The position numbers were made by a program, and so were the translations under genes. From Epiperipatus broadwayi (lineage: Eukaryota; Animalia; Onychophora), in assembly GCA_028023455.1 (NCBI GenBank), contig JAQFVV010000005.1:992001-1056000 (forward strand): DNA of 64,000 bases, given 5' to 3'. Shown in pieces: positions 26,481 to 41,404 of the stretch. The notes under the pieces are model-generated. The model searched no databases, was not told where the DNA came from, and was given only the letters and a program-made list of their open reading frames with translations. Positions within the stretch are counted from its first letter, which is position 1, and each line of letters opens with the position of its first letter.

Positions 26481-29400
26481 AATGTCTCCCCATCACTAGA
26501 AATAAGTTCATTTTCACAAGAAATAATCTTGTAACTTTTTTGGCATATTTCTATCTCGATCAACACTAATAAGATCTATTTTTTTCCCTCCTGCTGAGTT
26601 ATTTCTTTTTGTTGAAACTGTAATTCATCATTTAATTTCATAGTTACATCTCTGTTAAAATATATTTTTTTTGCAGCTATTTCACTGTTAATAGACATCT
26701 GTTTCATTCTCATTCTTCTCTACAGAATCTTCAACTTGAGCAGTAACTTAACTTGTACTTTCATTCATTGTCTCTGTTGGTTCAATGTAATGTTTCTTTA
26801 TATGGTTAATGTGTTGTTTTACTTTTCTACCATCTTCCAATTTAATTTCATGGATTTGAGAAGATTTTTAATTTTTATCCTTTTCCTTTAATCTTGTCTG
26901 GAATCAGCACAGAAATATGCATTCTCACATGAGGTTTCATTAATAATTCTGCCAGGGTTATCTTTGTATGTGAGCTTGGTGTGAAATTGCTGATAAAACA
27001 TCACTTGTTAACATTCATAAATATCCAAAATATTCCATTCTATTCAGTGTGCACTTAAGATGTAGAATGAGTGTTTCTGCTAGTCTATGGGATGATATGG
27101 GGGTATTAAAACATGCCATATCCTCTTCTGTATGAGAAAATCTTTTAATTGCACTGAACAAAATTCTGCATTGTTGTCAGAAATTATAAGCTCACTATAC
27201 CCGTGTGTGGTGTTTTTCTGCTTGGGAATATGAATCAATAGCTACAAGGAATGTGTATCCATGGAAAGGCCTGGCACGATCTAGATGGATCCTTTCCTAT
27301 ACTTTTGTAGCTTCAAACCAAGGTCGGAACTCTTTAGTAGGTAACTTCACTGTTTCTTGACAAGCTTGACATTTCCTTAATGTTTCTTCTATATCATTAT
27401 TCATGTCCAGCCAACAAATATACAAATGAGCAGTTCTTTCATGCGTATATTCTAGGGTATCCACGTAGCAACTATAGCATGCATTTCCTCTCCTCAGTTG
27501 GAATTATTACTTGATATACCATAAGAATACATTTTTAACCTATAGACAGACTTTCCCAAGCATTCCAGATTTGCGGCACTGAGATTTGGTCGCTTTTTTG
27601 GCCATTCTTGTTTAAACCTATCATTAACTAGTTGGTATCCTGTGTCATTTCTTATTCATTCAGCTATAACTTTACTGTTCACCATTTTAGAATTCATAAC
27701 CTATGTAGTTGATCATTGTAATATATGGCTTGCATGTTTTTTATCTGGAATTCTAGAAAGCACATCCATATGCTTTTATCTACTTTCCAGGCTTGTATAA
27801 TATTTCAAAGTTCACATATGTTCGATATCATGCTTTGGTGTCTTTTTATTTTTTCCAAATATTTCCAATAGAGGTCTATGGTTTTATCTACTTTCCAGGC
27901 TTGTATAATATTTCAGTCATACAAATTGAGGATATTAATCTATTTCAACATATGTTCGGTAGCATGGTCTGGAGTCTTTATTTTTTCCGAATATTTCCAA
28001 TGGTTTATGTAAATTTTAAATTACTTTCCATAGACATATTGATAGAATTTTTTTTACTGCAAATACTATTACAAGAGCCTCCTTGTCCAATTGGCTATAG
28101 TTTTTCTCAGCTGTTGAAAGTATTCTGGAAACATATGCAATAGGACTTTCAACTTCATACTGAGGAAGCACAGCGCCTATACCAAAGTCTGAGATGTCCT
28201 TTGTAATCACCATTTCTTGCTGTTTGTAATAATGTATTAATAATATATCAAATGCCAACAAATCCTTTACTTTTCCAAAAGCCTCGTCCTTTTAACTCCC
28301 CATTTCCATCTCTCACACTGAATAATAATAAGTTCTATTTAGTGTTATCATAAATCCCTTTGAATAATTTTTATTCTCCTATGACTGACATAATTTTTTT
28401 TTATCTATATTCATTTTCCATATCCTACTTTTTCTAAAACAATCTTATTTATTCTTTTTCCTCATACTTCATGATTATAGATTTGCTTTTCAGGAAGCTT
28501 TCGAAGAAGTTCAGTAAACTTAAAAAAGCTTGCAAGTGTTTAATATTTGAAACAGGCAAAACTCACTATATGTATTGCCACACACTTAAGAAGTGGTGGT
28601 CATGTGATGTTTATTTGTTTAATATTTGTTGGCTTCGGGTCACTCATAACTGCAGTGATTTTGTCTGGATTAGGATATTTTCCTTTATTTGTTGTAATAT
28701 GTCCCAGAAATCTTAATTTCTTTTGCTGACCAAATATATTTTGAGGCATTGAGTCTAGCTCTAAATTTATTTAACTTTTCACAGATGGCATTTACCTATT
28801 TACTTAATTGCATTTCGTTTTCAGGATATTGTCCAGATATGGAGTAGTTTCTTCTATTTCTTGAAAGACTTTCCACTTTAGCTTGGAAAATATTAGTTGC
28901 TGTTCTAATTCCATATGGTAACTTATTAAATTTGAACAGACTATGTGCATATTTATTGTAAGTAACTCTGTTGTTCTGGCAGTAACAGGGATTTGGTAAA
29001 ATGCCGACCTCAAATCTAATTTGGAGCATTATGAAACTTTCTGTAGAAAAGCTAATACTTCTCTTACGCTTGGTTATGGGATAGGCTTCTTTATTGATGT
29101 TTTTATTTACAGTTATACAATAATCATTGCATATTCTTATAGCATCATCTGATTTTAAAGATAGTGACTATGAATATTGCCCAGGAAGATTCCTCCATTA
29201 ATGTATTGATGCCATTGTTTACTAAATCCTTTAGCGCTTCCTCCACTATTGGCTTAAGAGCGAGTGGAACCTTCTGGTTCTACAGACAACTTGTTGTGCA
29301 TTATCAGTTAGCTCCATCTCTTCTGGTTTCATCTTTAACTGCTGGGCTAGACTTATAAATTGATGAGAGAATTTATTTCTTATTTTCACTTCTAATTTCA

Positions 29401-30568
29401 CTCTTTTAATAATATTTATCCTGATTCCCAAAGGCTTAATCTTAGTTACCAAATATAGTGGCAAATTCTTTATGTAACAATTTACCTTTATTGATACTAA
29501 CACTATTCCTTTGATATTAATAGGATTCCCATTTACATTTGTAGCTTTAATTTGTGTCTTAATGTTCCATTTTCTATTAATGGCTGTCCAATCTTTAAAA
29601 AAAATGAGTGCTAAGCCTGCTCTGCTATCTATTTTAATTTTTGTGATTTGATTACAAATTTGATATCTAAAAGGTTAGATCTATCTTCGCTTTCCTTTAT
29701 TTTTTTCATATTCATAGCATTCATAACTATTCCTGTCCTTGATTTACTATTGGCAGGTAAATCTACTTTAGTCATTTGTTTGTACAAATTTTTAACAAAT
29801 CTGTCAGTCCATAATTAAGGGACTTGTATGTCTTAAATTTACATATTCTTTTTATGTGTCCTCTCTGTCAGTAGCAATAATAAATGCTGGGCTCCTGTTT
29901 ACTATTCTATTCTATTGTCTGTGCCTTCACGTTGTTTACATGTATGTATGGCTTAACTTTATCTGCCGTATTTTTAAATTCTAGTTGTATTCAAGAAAGG
30001 TTGGTTTCATATGCTATCCCTTGTTCAATTGAGCTCTTATAACTTCATGTAGACTTGCTTAGCAATATTTGTCTGTTTTCCATCATGCATACTCCATAAC
30101 TGATCGAGTAGTATCTCTTCTAGGTAGTGTTTCCTTCATTAATTCCTACAATGCCACATCATACTCCTGTATGTTTTCACTTGGTGACTGCATTTTATTA
30201 TGAAAGTGAAGTTGTGCTATGTATTTCGAAGTTATTGGTTTGAAATAAGAATTTGCAGCAACTCCTCATATGGAATAACTTCAGGCATTTTTAAATCACA
30301 GAGATGATTTGCAAGTTATATCAAATCCTTTCCTGACATCCATAATAGGTAGTAATCAACTTGTTAGCAATAATTATTAATTATAATGTACTTTTCAACA
30401 TGGTTGACTTATATTTGCTATTGCCCTGGATTGTTTACGTCTAACAGCATTATCACACTTCTCTGCAATGCCATGTTATATGTCCACATTAGTAACTAAT
30501 ACCTAATGCAGGTTCTGGAGACTATGCCAGTTGATGTATACAGGGCCAGATTTAACCCAAGGCAACAG

Positions 30569-31092
30569 TATACTCATTAATTATTTTAGAAATAATACAT
30601 AAAAGGTCTTAATAACTTAACAAGTTTAGTACCCAGAATAAATACTACTAGCAGTTGGTTAGTATTTTTAGCTAGTGGTTTGTTGGTTGAATTCCATAAA
30701 ATGAAATCAGTCTTAATCATGCAGACATTTCTTTATTTCAATCTGTTAACTCTTCTTAGATAACTTTTGACTATAACACTTTATTTAGCATTTTTCACTG
30801 CTTACAGATTACAGATTTAGCAAGCACTTACTATTTCTCCCATGATAACTTAGCACTAAATTGATCTCTGACTCCATCTGATTTTATGACATTAAGATTC
30901 TGCTAATAATTTTGAAAGCTCTTTTAATTTGCGTAATCAGTTTTATTGTTGTTCTTATACAAATTAGCATAACTTATTAGACATTTCATTATTTCTAAAG
31001 AGACTGTAGATGACTTTTATATTGACCAGTTACACACACAAACACATATATAGCTTTATTTTTTTTATTACACAAACCAGTTTATTCACAGA
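30569..31092 (-). repeat. 5' LTR of gypsy element
   Basis: Direct-repeat partner of 25938-26480, with many substitutions and indels. Confidence 0.8.
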
Positions 31093-31099
31093 AGTATGG

Positions 31100-31900
31100 A
31101 AAATTATTTGAAAAGGGATAATGCTACATGCTTTGACATTTGGAAACGAGAATTCAGAAATTGTAAATAGATATGAATAGGAGAATGAATTGTGAACAGT
31201 AAATAAGACTACTCTACATGAAATTGGGTGGGGGATTTATTTTATGAGGGAAATTTAAAGTAAATTAAAAATATTGGAAGATTAAAATAAATAAATTAAT
31301 AAAAAGATAATTGAAAGGTTAAATGAAAATAGATTAATAAAAAGAGATCACTGCAGAGATATTTGTGTAGAAATTATTTCCAACCAGCAATTTTGCTAGG
31401 CAGTTTATAAAGGTGTAGATATTATTAGAGTGTAGATATTATTAGAGAAATACAATCATGAGGTTTGAGGAAAAAGGATATAATGTTTTAGGAAAAGTAG
31501 AGATATGGAAAATGAATCTGGATAAAAAAAATTATTTCAGAGTCATAGGAGAATAAAAATTATACAAAGTATAAAAACATTTATGATAACACTAGATAGA
31601 ACTTATTATTATTCAGTGCAAAGATAGAAGTTTTGGATACTAGTAACGGAAGACAAAACTGGAATAATAAATTAGTGTACTTTATTTGGAAATGAGAGAA
31701 AAAATATTGACTTTTCGGAGTATAAATCTAAAGATAAAAAAAATGAAAGAAATAGATTATTTGTTTTTTTTTTGCCTAGGTCTTTACAACAAAAGGAGAG
31801 AATTTAAAGATAGAGTAGTAGACCTAAAGAAACAGCTTTTACTTCTATGGATAGAAGGAAAAAAGTTAAAAGAATGATTTGGTAATAAGTAAGGATCATG
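31100..31900 (+). mobile_element. Decayed LINE reverse-transcriptase-region fragment
   Basis: ORF 31686-31877 ends in 'VVDLKKQL', resembling the FVDLxKAF RT motif; purine-rich broken frames. Confidence 0.45.
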
Positions 31901-32229
31901 TGATAACTATTTATATTGTAATGTAAGCTAGAGAAGTTACATGATAATTAATAATGGTACTTTTACAAAAAAGAATAGTAGATACTAAGCTAGCATATGG
32001 CTCATATAGCTAAGTAAGTGTAATTGGTTTGGATTTAAGAATGTTTGACATTTTTAGAGCACAGATTTTTTTAGTAGAATAAAAGCTAGTCATTGCAAAG
32101 ATATTTATGTAGAGATTGTCTGCTAACAGAAGAAAGCCATTTAACTAATGTTGATCATAAAAGATTGTTTGTGCTGCTATTTAACAATTAAAAAAAAAAA
32201 AGGCCATTAATAAACGAGAATGTTCGCTC

Positions 32230-32790
32230 CAACTACACAAAGAAAAAACTATTCTAGAAATAAGAGTTTTAAGTTGATTAAAACAGACAAAAAACTCATC
32301 ATGTGATGTTTATTGAGTTTTAAGTTGGCTATGCAAATCAATTTATGAACCACAAGTACGTCTACATATAGAACATGTTGATCCATTTTTTTGTTTATTA
32401 TTTTACAACGCTGTCTTTTACTTTCTTCGGCAGAAATCTTTCTGAAATACTTCAATGCCATTTCTAAATATAGTTTTTCAGGGTATTTATTCTCTATCAT
32501 ATCTTCCCAATGGAAACAATTGACATTGCATTTCTTTAGATTGTCCTTGACATAATCCGTATATCATAGATGGGTTAATCTACCATGAAAGCCATGCTCA
32601 AGATCATCATAAAACAAACTTTTAGGAAGTCTTCCATTGTTCATTCATTTTACATGTCCAATCCAGTGGAGGCGTGATTTTACAATAATGGACTCAATAG
32701 TATTACATCCAATAAAGTGAAGAATATGTTGATTGGTTGTATGATCTTGCCATTGTATTTTAAAATTTTATGGAACAGTCCTTACATTAA
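32230..32790 (-). mobile_element. RTE-clade LINE 3' fragment
   Basis: Minus strand reads 'RLHWIGHVK*MNNGRLPKSLFYDDLEHG...DYVKDNLKKC...WED' and a C-terminal 'CRRTCGS..LHS' zinc-finger-like remnant. Confidence 0.8.
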
Positions 32791-33599
32791 AATTTTTTAA
32801 TGGTTTTATATTACACCAATAGAGTGTTCAAGTTTCCCTTTCATACAATAAATTAGCTAAAATAATAGCTCTATATACAGTTAATTTAGTTGCAGTAATT
32901 TCCCTGTGATGAAATGACATATCTTTTAACATGTTAATAATAGTAGAACATTACTTTTGATTTGGTTAGTGTTTATATATAGTTTGGTTGTAGAGGGGGA
33001 TGAAATGCCCCCATTAATTTTTGATCAAATGTGAGTTGAGAAGTCGTAATGCTTAGTAATTGATATGTTTAGTTCTTTTTTGCATGAATATGTAATCCAA
33101 AAATACTTAAAATTTGGGCAATATCCTATAAGTACTGTTTTGTTTATTCTATTCAATTATTTTTATCAATCTACTAAATGATACTGTTTATTAAATCTGT
33201 AATCGATGATATATACTCCCTATTTTCATATTAGTTTCTGGCTCATGGTCTTTATCATTGCTGAGCTTAGATCTTGGTCTAATTTGCTGAATTGGTGCTA
33301 ATACCTCTTTCATCCAGACATTATCTTTTACCTTTTTATTATAAAACTACCAGCTTGAGATTAAAAAAATATCCTAATGTTATGAATCCAAGTCTAACTG
33401 TTTGCATAATCACACACTTTTGAAAACATTTCACTAATGTATAATTTGATGCCTTCAGGGTTTACAATGACTGTAGATAGGCATTTTTACTTATTGCTAG
33501 AATTGGTATTAAATTATATAAATTATTCAGCTTTACAATAAAGGCATGGTTGGAATAGAATAAACAGTGTTACTCCTGAAAAGCAATGCATAAGTGGTT

Positions 33600-34400
33600 T
33601 ATATACTAAAGTGAGTCATAGAATAAAAATGCCTATAATTGTTATAAAACTGAGAACACCAAAATGAAAACCTTTGAACTGATTTCAGAACTATACAACT
33701 ATCAAAAACATAAGCTTGAATTCAAAACATATAAAAATGGTTTTTGAATTTTAAATTGATAGTTTGATAATAAAAAAGATTAAAAGGTGACTGCTAAATA
33801 AAAGATAAGCTTAATAAATCAAGGCACATTGGATCTGTATTCAAACTTCTCACTGAAGTATGTCATAAGCCAGAAACTAATCTGGGATAATCTAGCATAT
33901 ATTGATTTGTCTTTCAATAGATGCAACACTGGAGTGCAAATTGCAGAATTTGTTTCTGAAAAGTATTGTGGAAGCTGGGATAATATATTTTTGATTTTGT
34001 GAGCAATCTGGACCTTATGATGACAATATGTACAATTCTTTTAAAACTGAGAATACCAAATTACATAGTTAGTGAATTGGTTTCAGAACTATATAACTAT
34101 AGAAACAAGTATTCAAAACATCTAGCTTTTGAATTTCAAGCTGGTAACCAACAAAAAGGTGTAAACGGTAAAAATTGGATGAAAGGTGTATTAAATCAAA
34201 TAGATGCTGGTTCAAGCTCACTAACAATGGCCATAAGCCAGAAATTAATCTTGGGGAGATATAGGCAGATTAGCATAGGATGGGTATTTAATAAAAAATA
34301 CCATCTGATATTTATTCATTGCTCTGACTTATAAGAAATGATGGCATTGGAGTAGAGATCTGTTCCTGAAGTTAGTATTGTACATAGTTTTTTTTTTTAA
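33600..34400 (+). repeat. Old diverged tandem dimer (about 368-bp period) related to family C, with two decayed hammerhead motifs
   Basis: 33848-33887 reads CTCA CTGAAGT ATGT CATAA GCCA GAAA CTAAT C TGGGA. 34216-34256 reads CTCA CTAACAA TGGC CATAA GCCA GAAA TTAAT C TTGGGG. The flank ttcagaactata..aactat is shared at 33684 and 34082. Confidence 0.7.
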
Positions 34401-36382
34401 AGTTAAAAGTTGATTTTTAAAATAATAACACATGAATTTCTTAAATATTTTCAAGAGCAATTCTCTTTTTCCTACTCTAAAACCATCTACTGAAGTTTGA
34501 GTAATCAATAGATAGTAGATGGTTCTAGAGTATGATGAAAAATTAAGTTTTTGTTATCTGATCTTGATTGGATGGCTAGTAATGATAATATTTTAAAAGA
34601 AAACTCTGGTTAAAGAAAAAAAGATATTAAAGAAAAATAAATTGTAAATAATTGAAAAGTAATGTCTTCAATTTTTATATCACTATTTACTTCTAAAAAT
34701 TACCATAGTAATTGTTTTTATAGAGAATTTGTTTTGATATACAAAGATAAGGAATCAGTATTTTTTAATGTGCCCTAAAAAACGAAATTATCAGAAACTG
34801 GACATATTGAATTCTATATGCAAAATTATTTTTATTTTAAAATGAAAATTTTTTGATGATAAGTAGCATATTTTACGGATTTGAAAGACAGTTTAACTTA
34901 TTCCTTTTTTCTCTCATTATCATAAGATAATAGAATAATGTATTTTTATTATTATTATTTTTAAATCTTCCAATTGATGATAGATGGAGTAACTAGAATG
35001 ATAAAATAACATTAATCGGATATTTTTTATTTTCTATTCTTCCCAGATTAATGATTTTATTAAAATTAAAAGAACAATTCACTTCTTATTATTAGTTGTT
35101 GGATTTTTTAATAGATATTGAATATAAATATCAATACTCCTCAATATATTCTAAATAAAATTCACTTTTTATCTGAACAGTTATTGTAATGAAAAAATTA
35201 ATTTAATAAATCATTACTTTAATAAGTATTTTTTTTATTTTCTTATTTGCAACATAATTTTTCTTTATAAATTTTGTCTCATTTTATGAACCACTTTTTT
35301 TTTCATATTTATTTTCACATTATTAAATGCCCTATTTGCCCTCCTATCTCACCTGTGCTCATTCATATATTGAAGTTTTTATATTTTCAGAAAAGTAAAT
35401 GTTTATTAACTTTTTATCTTATTTCGTTATTATAAAGTGTTATTTTATATGATTTTTTTTCCCTTTCATTATTTTTTTTTCAATAATACTTTATAAGATT
35501 TAATAATTATATTTGTTTTTTCTTGTGATAAGATCAACTATTGTAAATAATTTAATAATATTAGGAAAGGGGAATAGAAATTATGATTTAATTAAGAGCT
35601 ATTGTCAAAATAGGAAGAATTTTATTCACATTAGTTAGTTTAGTTTATTAGTTTAATCCTTACCTTGGTGGTTTTTTTAAAAAATTTACAATACATATAG
35701 TTCATATTAATTTATTTACTATATCATATTTCTAATTTTTTAAATATGTATATATTCAAAATTAAATTAAAAAAAGATTACATGAGTAAATCATAGCTCG
35801 CTGTGCTAAAATAATAAAAGTTTGTCAGTTATGAAAATTTGAAGAACCTCTTTCTAATTTTTTTAGATTAAAATTTTTTTGGAATACATCGCTAAATTTA
35901 AGTTTTGCAATTATTCTTTGATCAAGCGATAACTTCAGATCATTATCACTAACAATTTATTTTAGTATCTTAATATTCAGAGCTATAATAAAAAGTTACA
36001 TCAATCTTTTTTATAGTCTTTGTATTATTTTAAAATTATTTCTCTATATGTAATGTTATTTTACTTATAGAAACTTACAATCTTTTATATGACATTTGAT
36101 GAAAAATCAATTATCCTCTTGTAGGACACATTTTTGATAACCTAACATGACATCATCATCAGCTGTTTAGGAGACTAGCTGAGATCACTCAATCATAGCA
36201 ACTTTTTATTTAAGTAGACTCGTAATGTTTATCAAGCATCATATAAAATAATGTAAATTTTTATAGAACCAGTAAAATCATGTTAATATGTTACATATTT
36301 ATGTGGTGTTAATTAATATTTACATGTACATAAGAGTATGTGCAGTTATATATTATATCCATATGATAATTTTTTTTTGTAA

Positions 36383-36553
<171 letters not shown>

Positions 36554-38184
36554 TAACTGACTATTTTTTTAATATATTTATTTTAACTGATATTGTTTGA
36601 TCATTTTTGTATTTTAAAGATCTTAAATATATTAAGGGGATATGGTGTATGTAAATAATATATGTAGGATAATTACTGTGTGATCTCCATAGCATCTGAG
36701 GAATGAAATAACATATTAAACCTACACTATTATTGAATTACTAATGTGAAACATTGCAAAGAGTTTACATGTACAGTTTTACTGGGAAATCTTATTGATC
36801 ACTACTCTTCGTTAATCTATATTTACTATATATATATTCAATAGTTCTTATTTTAGTGCATGAAGTATATTGTAATCACATATGTATAAAATACATCATT
36901 TTATAAACATACTGATCAGCAAAGGACTTATAAATTTTATTTTAACAATTTTAAAAACATTCTAATAAATAATCAAGTTTTTGTTAATTTAACATTATAA
37001 ATTTTAAGAGTAACACAATACTTTCTGTGATTTCTATAGCATGTGAAATAATAAAGTGATTGAATGGTTAATTGTTCAGCAAATTATATGATTCAGTCTT
37101 CTAAAAATAATGGTGAGTTTCCATTTGGCGTTCTTTAACTCTCATGTCCATTGTTTTATCACTATCTGCTCAACTTCATAGCCAGCATGTGAAATAAAAT
37201 CAAAACAGAATTTACACCATCAGTTCTATACAAATGATTTAATCAAAAAAAGTTGTCAAGCTGCCTTAATCTGAATTGTAATCTATACAACATTGTTGTG
37301 ATAGGTCTTATATCTATTAAACATTTCCTTTGTTTATTTTAGAATGTAAAAGTTTGTAATTATGCAATTCATTGACCAATATTAGGAGATTACTTATCTA
37401 GTTATTTCCACTAGCCTTTGATTCGAGAACTCATCCATATATACCCAAACTATAGTATGTATCAAAGAACCTCATGGTTTAATGGTTAGATTGTGTCTTT
37501 GATGTGCCCTCCACCATTGAAGACAAAACTTGGATATTTTTTCCGACTTAAAACAAACTTAAGATTTGTTTTTCAATAGCTCCTAAATATAATCATCCAA
37601 TTATGAGTCAGTAATTGAATAACCAGATATTCTTAGCTAGGAGAGTAAACAAAAAAAGGAAAATTACAATTTCATTATAGTTTTGCCTAACTTAATGAAT
37701 TTTCTTTTTCATTGTTTTTGTGTTGAACTGAGAGAGTTTCGCTTTTTGTTGGATCATTTAGAGGTTTTTTGCCTGTTGTGGGGCTTGCTAGAATTCTAAA
37801 GGCATTTTGTTTAAAATGCTAATTATTTTATATAAACATTTACTAAAAAAATTTTTTTTTATTATTTAAACCAGCGCTTCTTAAACTTTTTTTCATTCAT
37901 GACCCCTTTTTATCATCGAGATTTTTCATGACCCCAGATATTAAATATAAAATAGATATAGAAATAAATATTCCGATAAATAATTTATTTCTTTGAAAAT
38001 AAGTAGTTTTAGGATTTGTTTTAAGTATACAAAAATTAATGAAAGAAAATCATGTTTTAATGAGATGGATGTGCTTGTTTTTTGCTGCATAACAAATTAA
38101 ATCTTGGTGAAATATTTGATACTGCTGGACTTACAAAGCATCTTCAATGTTTTTCAGCGCTAAACAATATTTGGATTTAATATA

Positions 38185-39218
38185 CACCTGTGTCTTGTTT
38201 TATGCAGTAGATAGGTTCCACAGAAAACTCGTATTAAAAAAAATCGCACAAAAATAGACTTAATTTATCTTGAAAAATGGGGGATAGGGTCTGTAATTTT
38301 CAGAATTCGCATAAAAGCAAAGCAACAAGAAAAAATTACTTTAAAATTCGCATTAAAAAAATAAGGAAATAAAGTATGACTAATAAAAAATATCAAATAT
38401 TTTAAAAAAATTGGCACAAGACGAACTTTTTTTACTTTTTTTTTATTAACTACAGTATTTAATTTGACATTTTTTCAAAAGTATTTTAATCAGTATCGCT
38501 ATTTTCGAATGTGCCGTTTGTTTGTAAACTGGTAGATTCGTCGATGTGATGTGATGTAGCTTCTTGAACGAAGTCAAGAATCTCGCAGCAATTATGCCCA
38601 GAGAAACTTGTTAGCCACTTTATTTTCCATTCCCCACTCTAATTTTTACCATATTCTGCTCCATTCCATTTACACAACTAGTGCCAATTTCAGTCTTGTG
38701 CTGTGTTAATGGTTTTCTGTTGACAACTGATTTTTACTACTGAAATAAATTTTAAATGTTCACATTTTGTTTTTATATTAAAAAAATGAGGATCGCAATC
38801 AAAACAAAAAGATTATACATTATCATTAAAAATATTATTTTCAGTTTATAAAATCAATAAAATCTTCGTTATTTATTTTAAAAATCTACATTATTTCTCT
38901 TATACCTAACAAAATACATTTTAAAAGTTTAAAATTTTTGAATATTTATTGCGATATTTTTATATGTAAGTATAAATCTATTATTATTATTTACTCATTA
39001 GTAGTAGGTTATTTATTCTAAATATAGCTTTAGGCCATATTCACGTTAGCTGCTAATATAATGTTATATTTTTGGGGAAAAAAAAAAGTATTTCAAGTCA
39101 AAATAAGTTATTAATAATTTAAATTTCTTGATATCTAATAAATATAGTGAAATATGAAAAATATTAAAAAGAAACATGAATCGCATTAAAATAATCCGCA
39201 TAAAACGAGACCCAGGTG
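38185..39218. mobile_element. Family D pogo/Tigger-like MITE copy 2, inserted in the hAT transposase
   Basis: TA|CACCTGTGTCTTGTTTTATGCAG ... CCGCATAAAACGAGACCCAGGTG|TA. Removing it and one TA restores FSALMYIKSKY. Confidence 0.93.
38545..38678 (-). mobile_element. 5'-truncated 3' end of the esterase-LINE family, inserted in the MITE
   Basis: (tgtga)n tail and 3'UTR match 41405, 42811 and 54609. The segment is absent from the 10.3-kb MITE copy at the homologous site. Confidence 0.85.
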
Positions 39219-41404
39219 TACATTAAAGCTGAAAAGTCATTTCACATAAGTATGTAGTGCTAAATGGCAGAAGAACATTTAATGCCATTTCAGAAATTGT
39301 GGGAAATTGAGTCCTACCTCCCATCCAGAATTCATTCAAGGAATTTTGTAGAAAGTCAAGTTTTAAGTTTGAGTCACTCGATAGCTCAGCAAATTCCTCT
39401 TAGGCTTTATATGGCAGGTGATTAATCTCATTAATATCAATCAAAAATGGTCTTTGAATCCAAGATAACTTTTTGAAATCTAAATTCGATATAAAGTATT
39501 TGCAAAACTGTGTTTCTAGGGTTTTTAAGTGATCTATAATTTTTGCAATTAAAGTTTTACAATAATTTTTTTCAATTATAAAATTCTCGATAGTCTAAAG
39601 CATTTCCAAGGAATCATTTTCCACCCTATTCTTCCAAATGTTGATTTTTTAAATAAAACCTTCAATTTTATCATTCAAAGTAAAAATATTGCTATTTTTT
39701 CCTTTAAGAGACAAGTTAAGATCATTTAGCTTTTCAAAAATATCACAGCTTTAATGGCCATAAGTCATTTTGAAAAAGAGCAGCAAGATCAGATTTTTGT
39801 TCGGTTAAAAATACAATAATTTCTTTTTTTAATAACAATAATCTTCGTAAACTTCACTCTCTTGACATCCATCTTACTTCTGCATGTAATAATAAATTTT
39901 TGTATTCAAATTCCAAGACTTTACAAAGATTTGAAAATAAACAACTGTTATGGGCATGTCTTTTAATAAAGTTTATAATTTTGACAGCATCCTGAAGCAC
40001 ATAGTTCAGTTCCATTGCTAATTTTTTTGCTGCAAGAGTCTCTCGATGGATTAGGCAGTGTATAAAAGTTTACATGATTATTACCAGAAGCTTTAACAAA
40101 TGATGTAAAAACAATATTTTCACCAGTTATTGTTTTTGCACCATCGGTGCATAATCCAAAGCAATTTTTCCATTCTAAACCTTCAGATTTAAAAAATTTG
40201 TCTGCTTTATTATATATGTCTTCCCTTCTTGTATGTTCTTCCAAAGAACAACAAAATAACAATTTTTCCTCAATGTTTTCTTTATAAATGTATCTGATAT
40301 ATACTAATAATTGAGCTATTTTCGAAATATCAGTTGAAATTGGGCTTTCTTTAAGTCTAATATAAGTTTCTCAAATTGGTCATTGCTAATTTCAGAAATT
40401 TTATTAGTGATAGTGTCATTTGACAAAGGAATTTTCTGAATTTCATCACCATATTTACTTCCGTGAAGTATTTCTACCATTTTAATAGCAGCTGGTAATA
40501 TAAGATCTTCTCCAATGTTGTATGACTTTTTATTTTTAGCAATCAGATATGAAACTTCATATGATGTGAGTAAATATTTTTCATTAACAGTTATAAATTT
40601 CTCAAAATATTGTTTTTCTTTATTTGAAGTTTTTAACAATCATTTGAAATATTCTTTTGGTTTATTGACATATGAAGAATGCTTGGATTCAAAATGCCTT
40701 TTTAATTTTGATGGTTTCATATTCTCCATAGACAAACATTATTGCAAATTAAACAAAGAGGTTGTTCATTACCATCACAGTTGTTGAAAGTAAAGCCAAA
40801 TTGGAGAAATGTCTCATCATATTTTCTTTTTCGCATCTTAGATGCTTCTTTCTGATTACGAGATCCTGCTTGAAGAGACTTTGTAACATTGCCATCTGCA
40901 TCATTATCTTTGGTACTCAAGTTCAACTATTTATCCATGGAAAAAAGTATTTTTATCCTAAAATATTAATAAAATAACAGTACTTATTAGTTAGCAGAGA
41001 CACCAAGTGGCAGCCGTGTTTTTTGTTTAATTGTATGAAGCATATTTATTCCCATATGTTCTATTTTTAAATATCCCCATATGTTTTATTTTTTAATATT
41101 TAAAAAATATCAATAAATCATTTAAAAAATAAGAATATGTTTTTACTTGTTAATAAATAAATGACAATAAGTTTCAAATAAAAAATAAATTTTTATAATA
41201 ACTAATAGAATGTAAATTTTGAATAAAAAAGTGAGAGAAAAAAGTATTCAAGCATTTTTATATATAAAAAATAACATCTTTCATAATATTTATTCAAATA
41301 AATACTGACCTTAGTCGAGTAAAACAGTAAAATACAATATTGTATTATTCTTGCGATGTGGACACTTGTTGAAATGAAACCACAACAAATAACTTGATCA
41401 GAAA

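Larger units (their letters stand above)
25938..31092 (-). mobile_element. Decayed Ty3/gypsy LTR retrotransposon (gag-PR-RT-RNaseH-IN) with both LTRs
   Basis: RNase H ORF 28016-28261 (DISDFGIGAVL..PIAYVSRILSTAEKNYSQLDKEAL). RT fragments 28796-29029 (FKFNKLPYGI, YLDNIL). Integrase 'ERIHLD..PFHGYTFLVAIDSYS' at about 27200-27300. Gag- and protease-like pieces at 29450-30450. Diverged direct repeats at both ends; tctcccc (reverse-complement polypurine tract) next to the left LTR. Confidence 0.9.
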
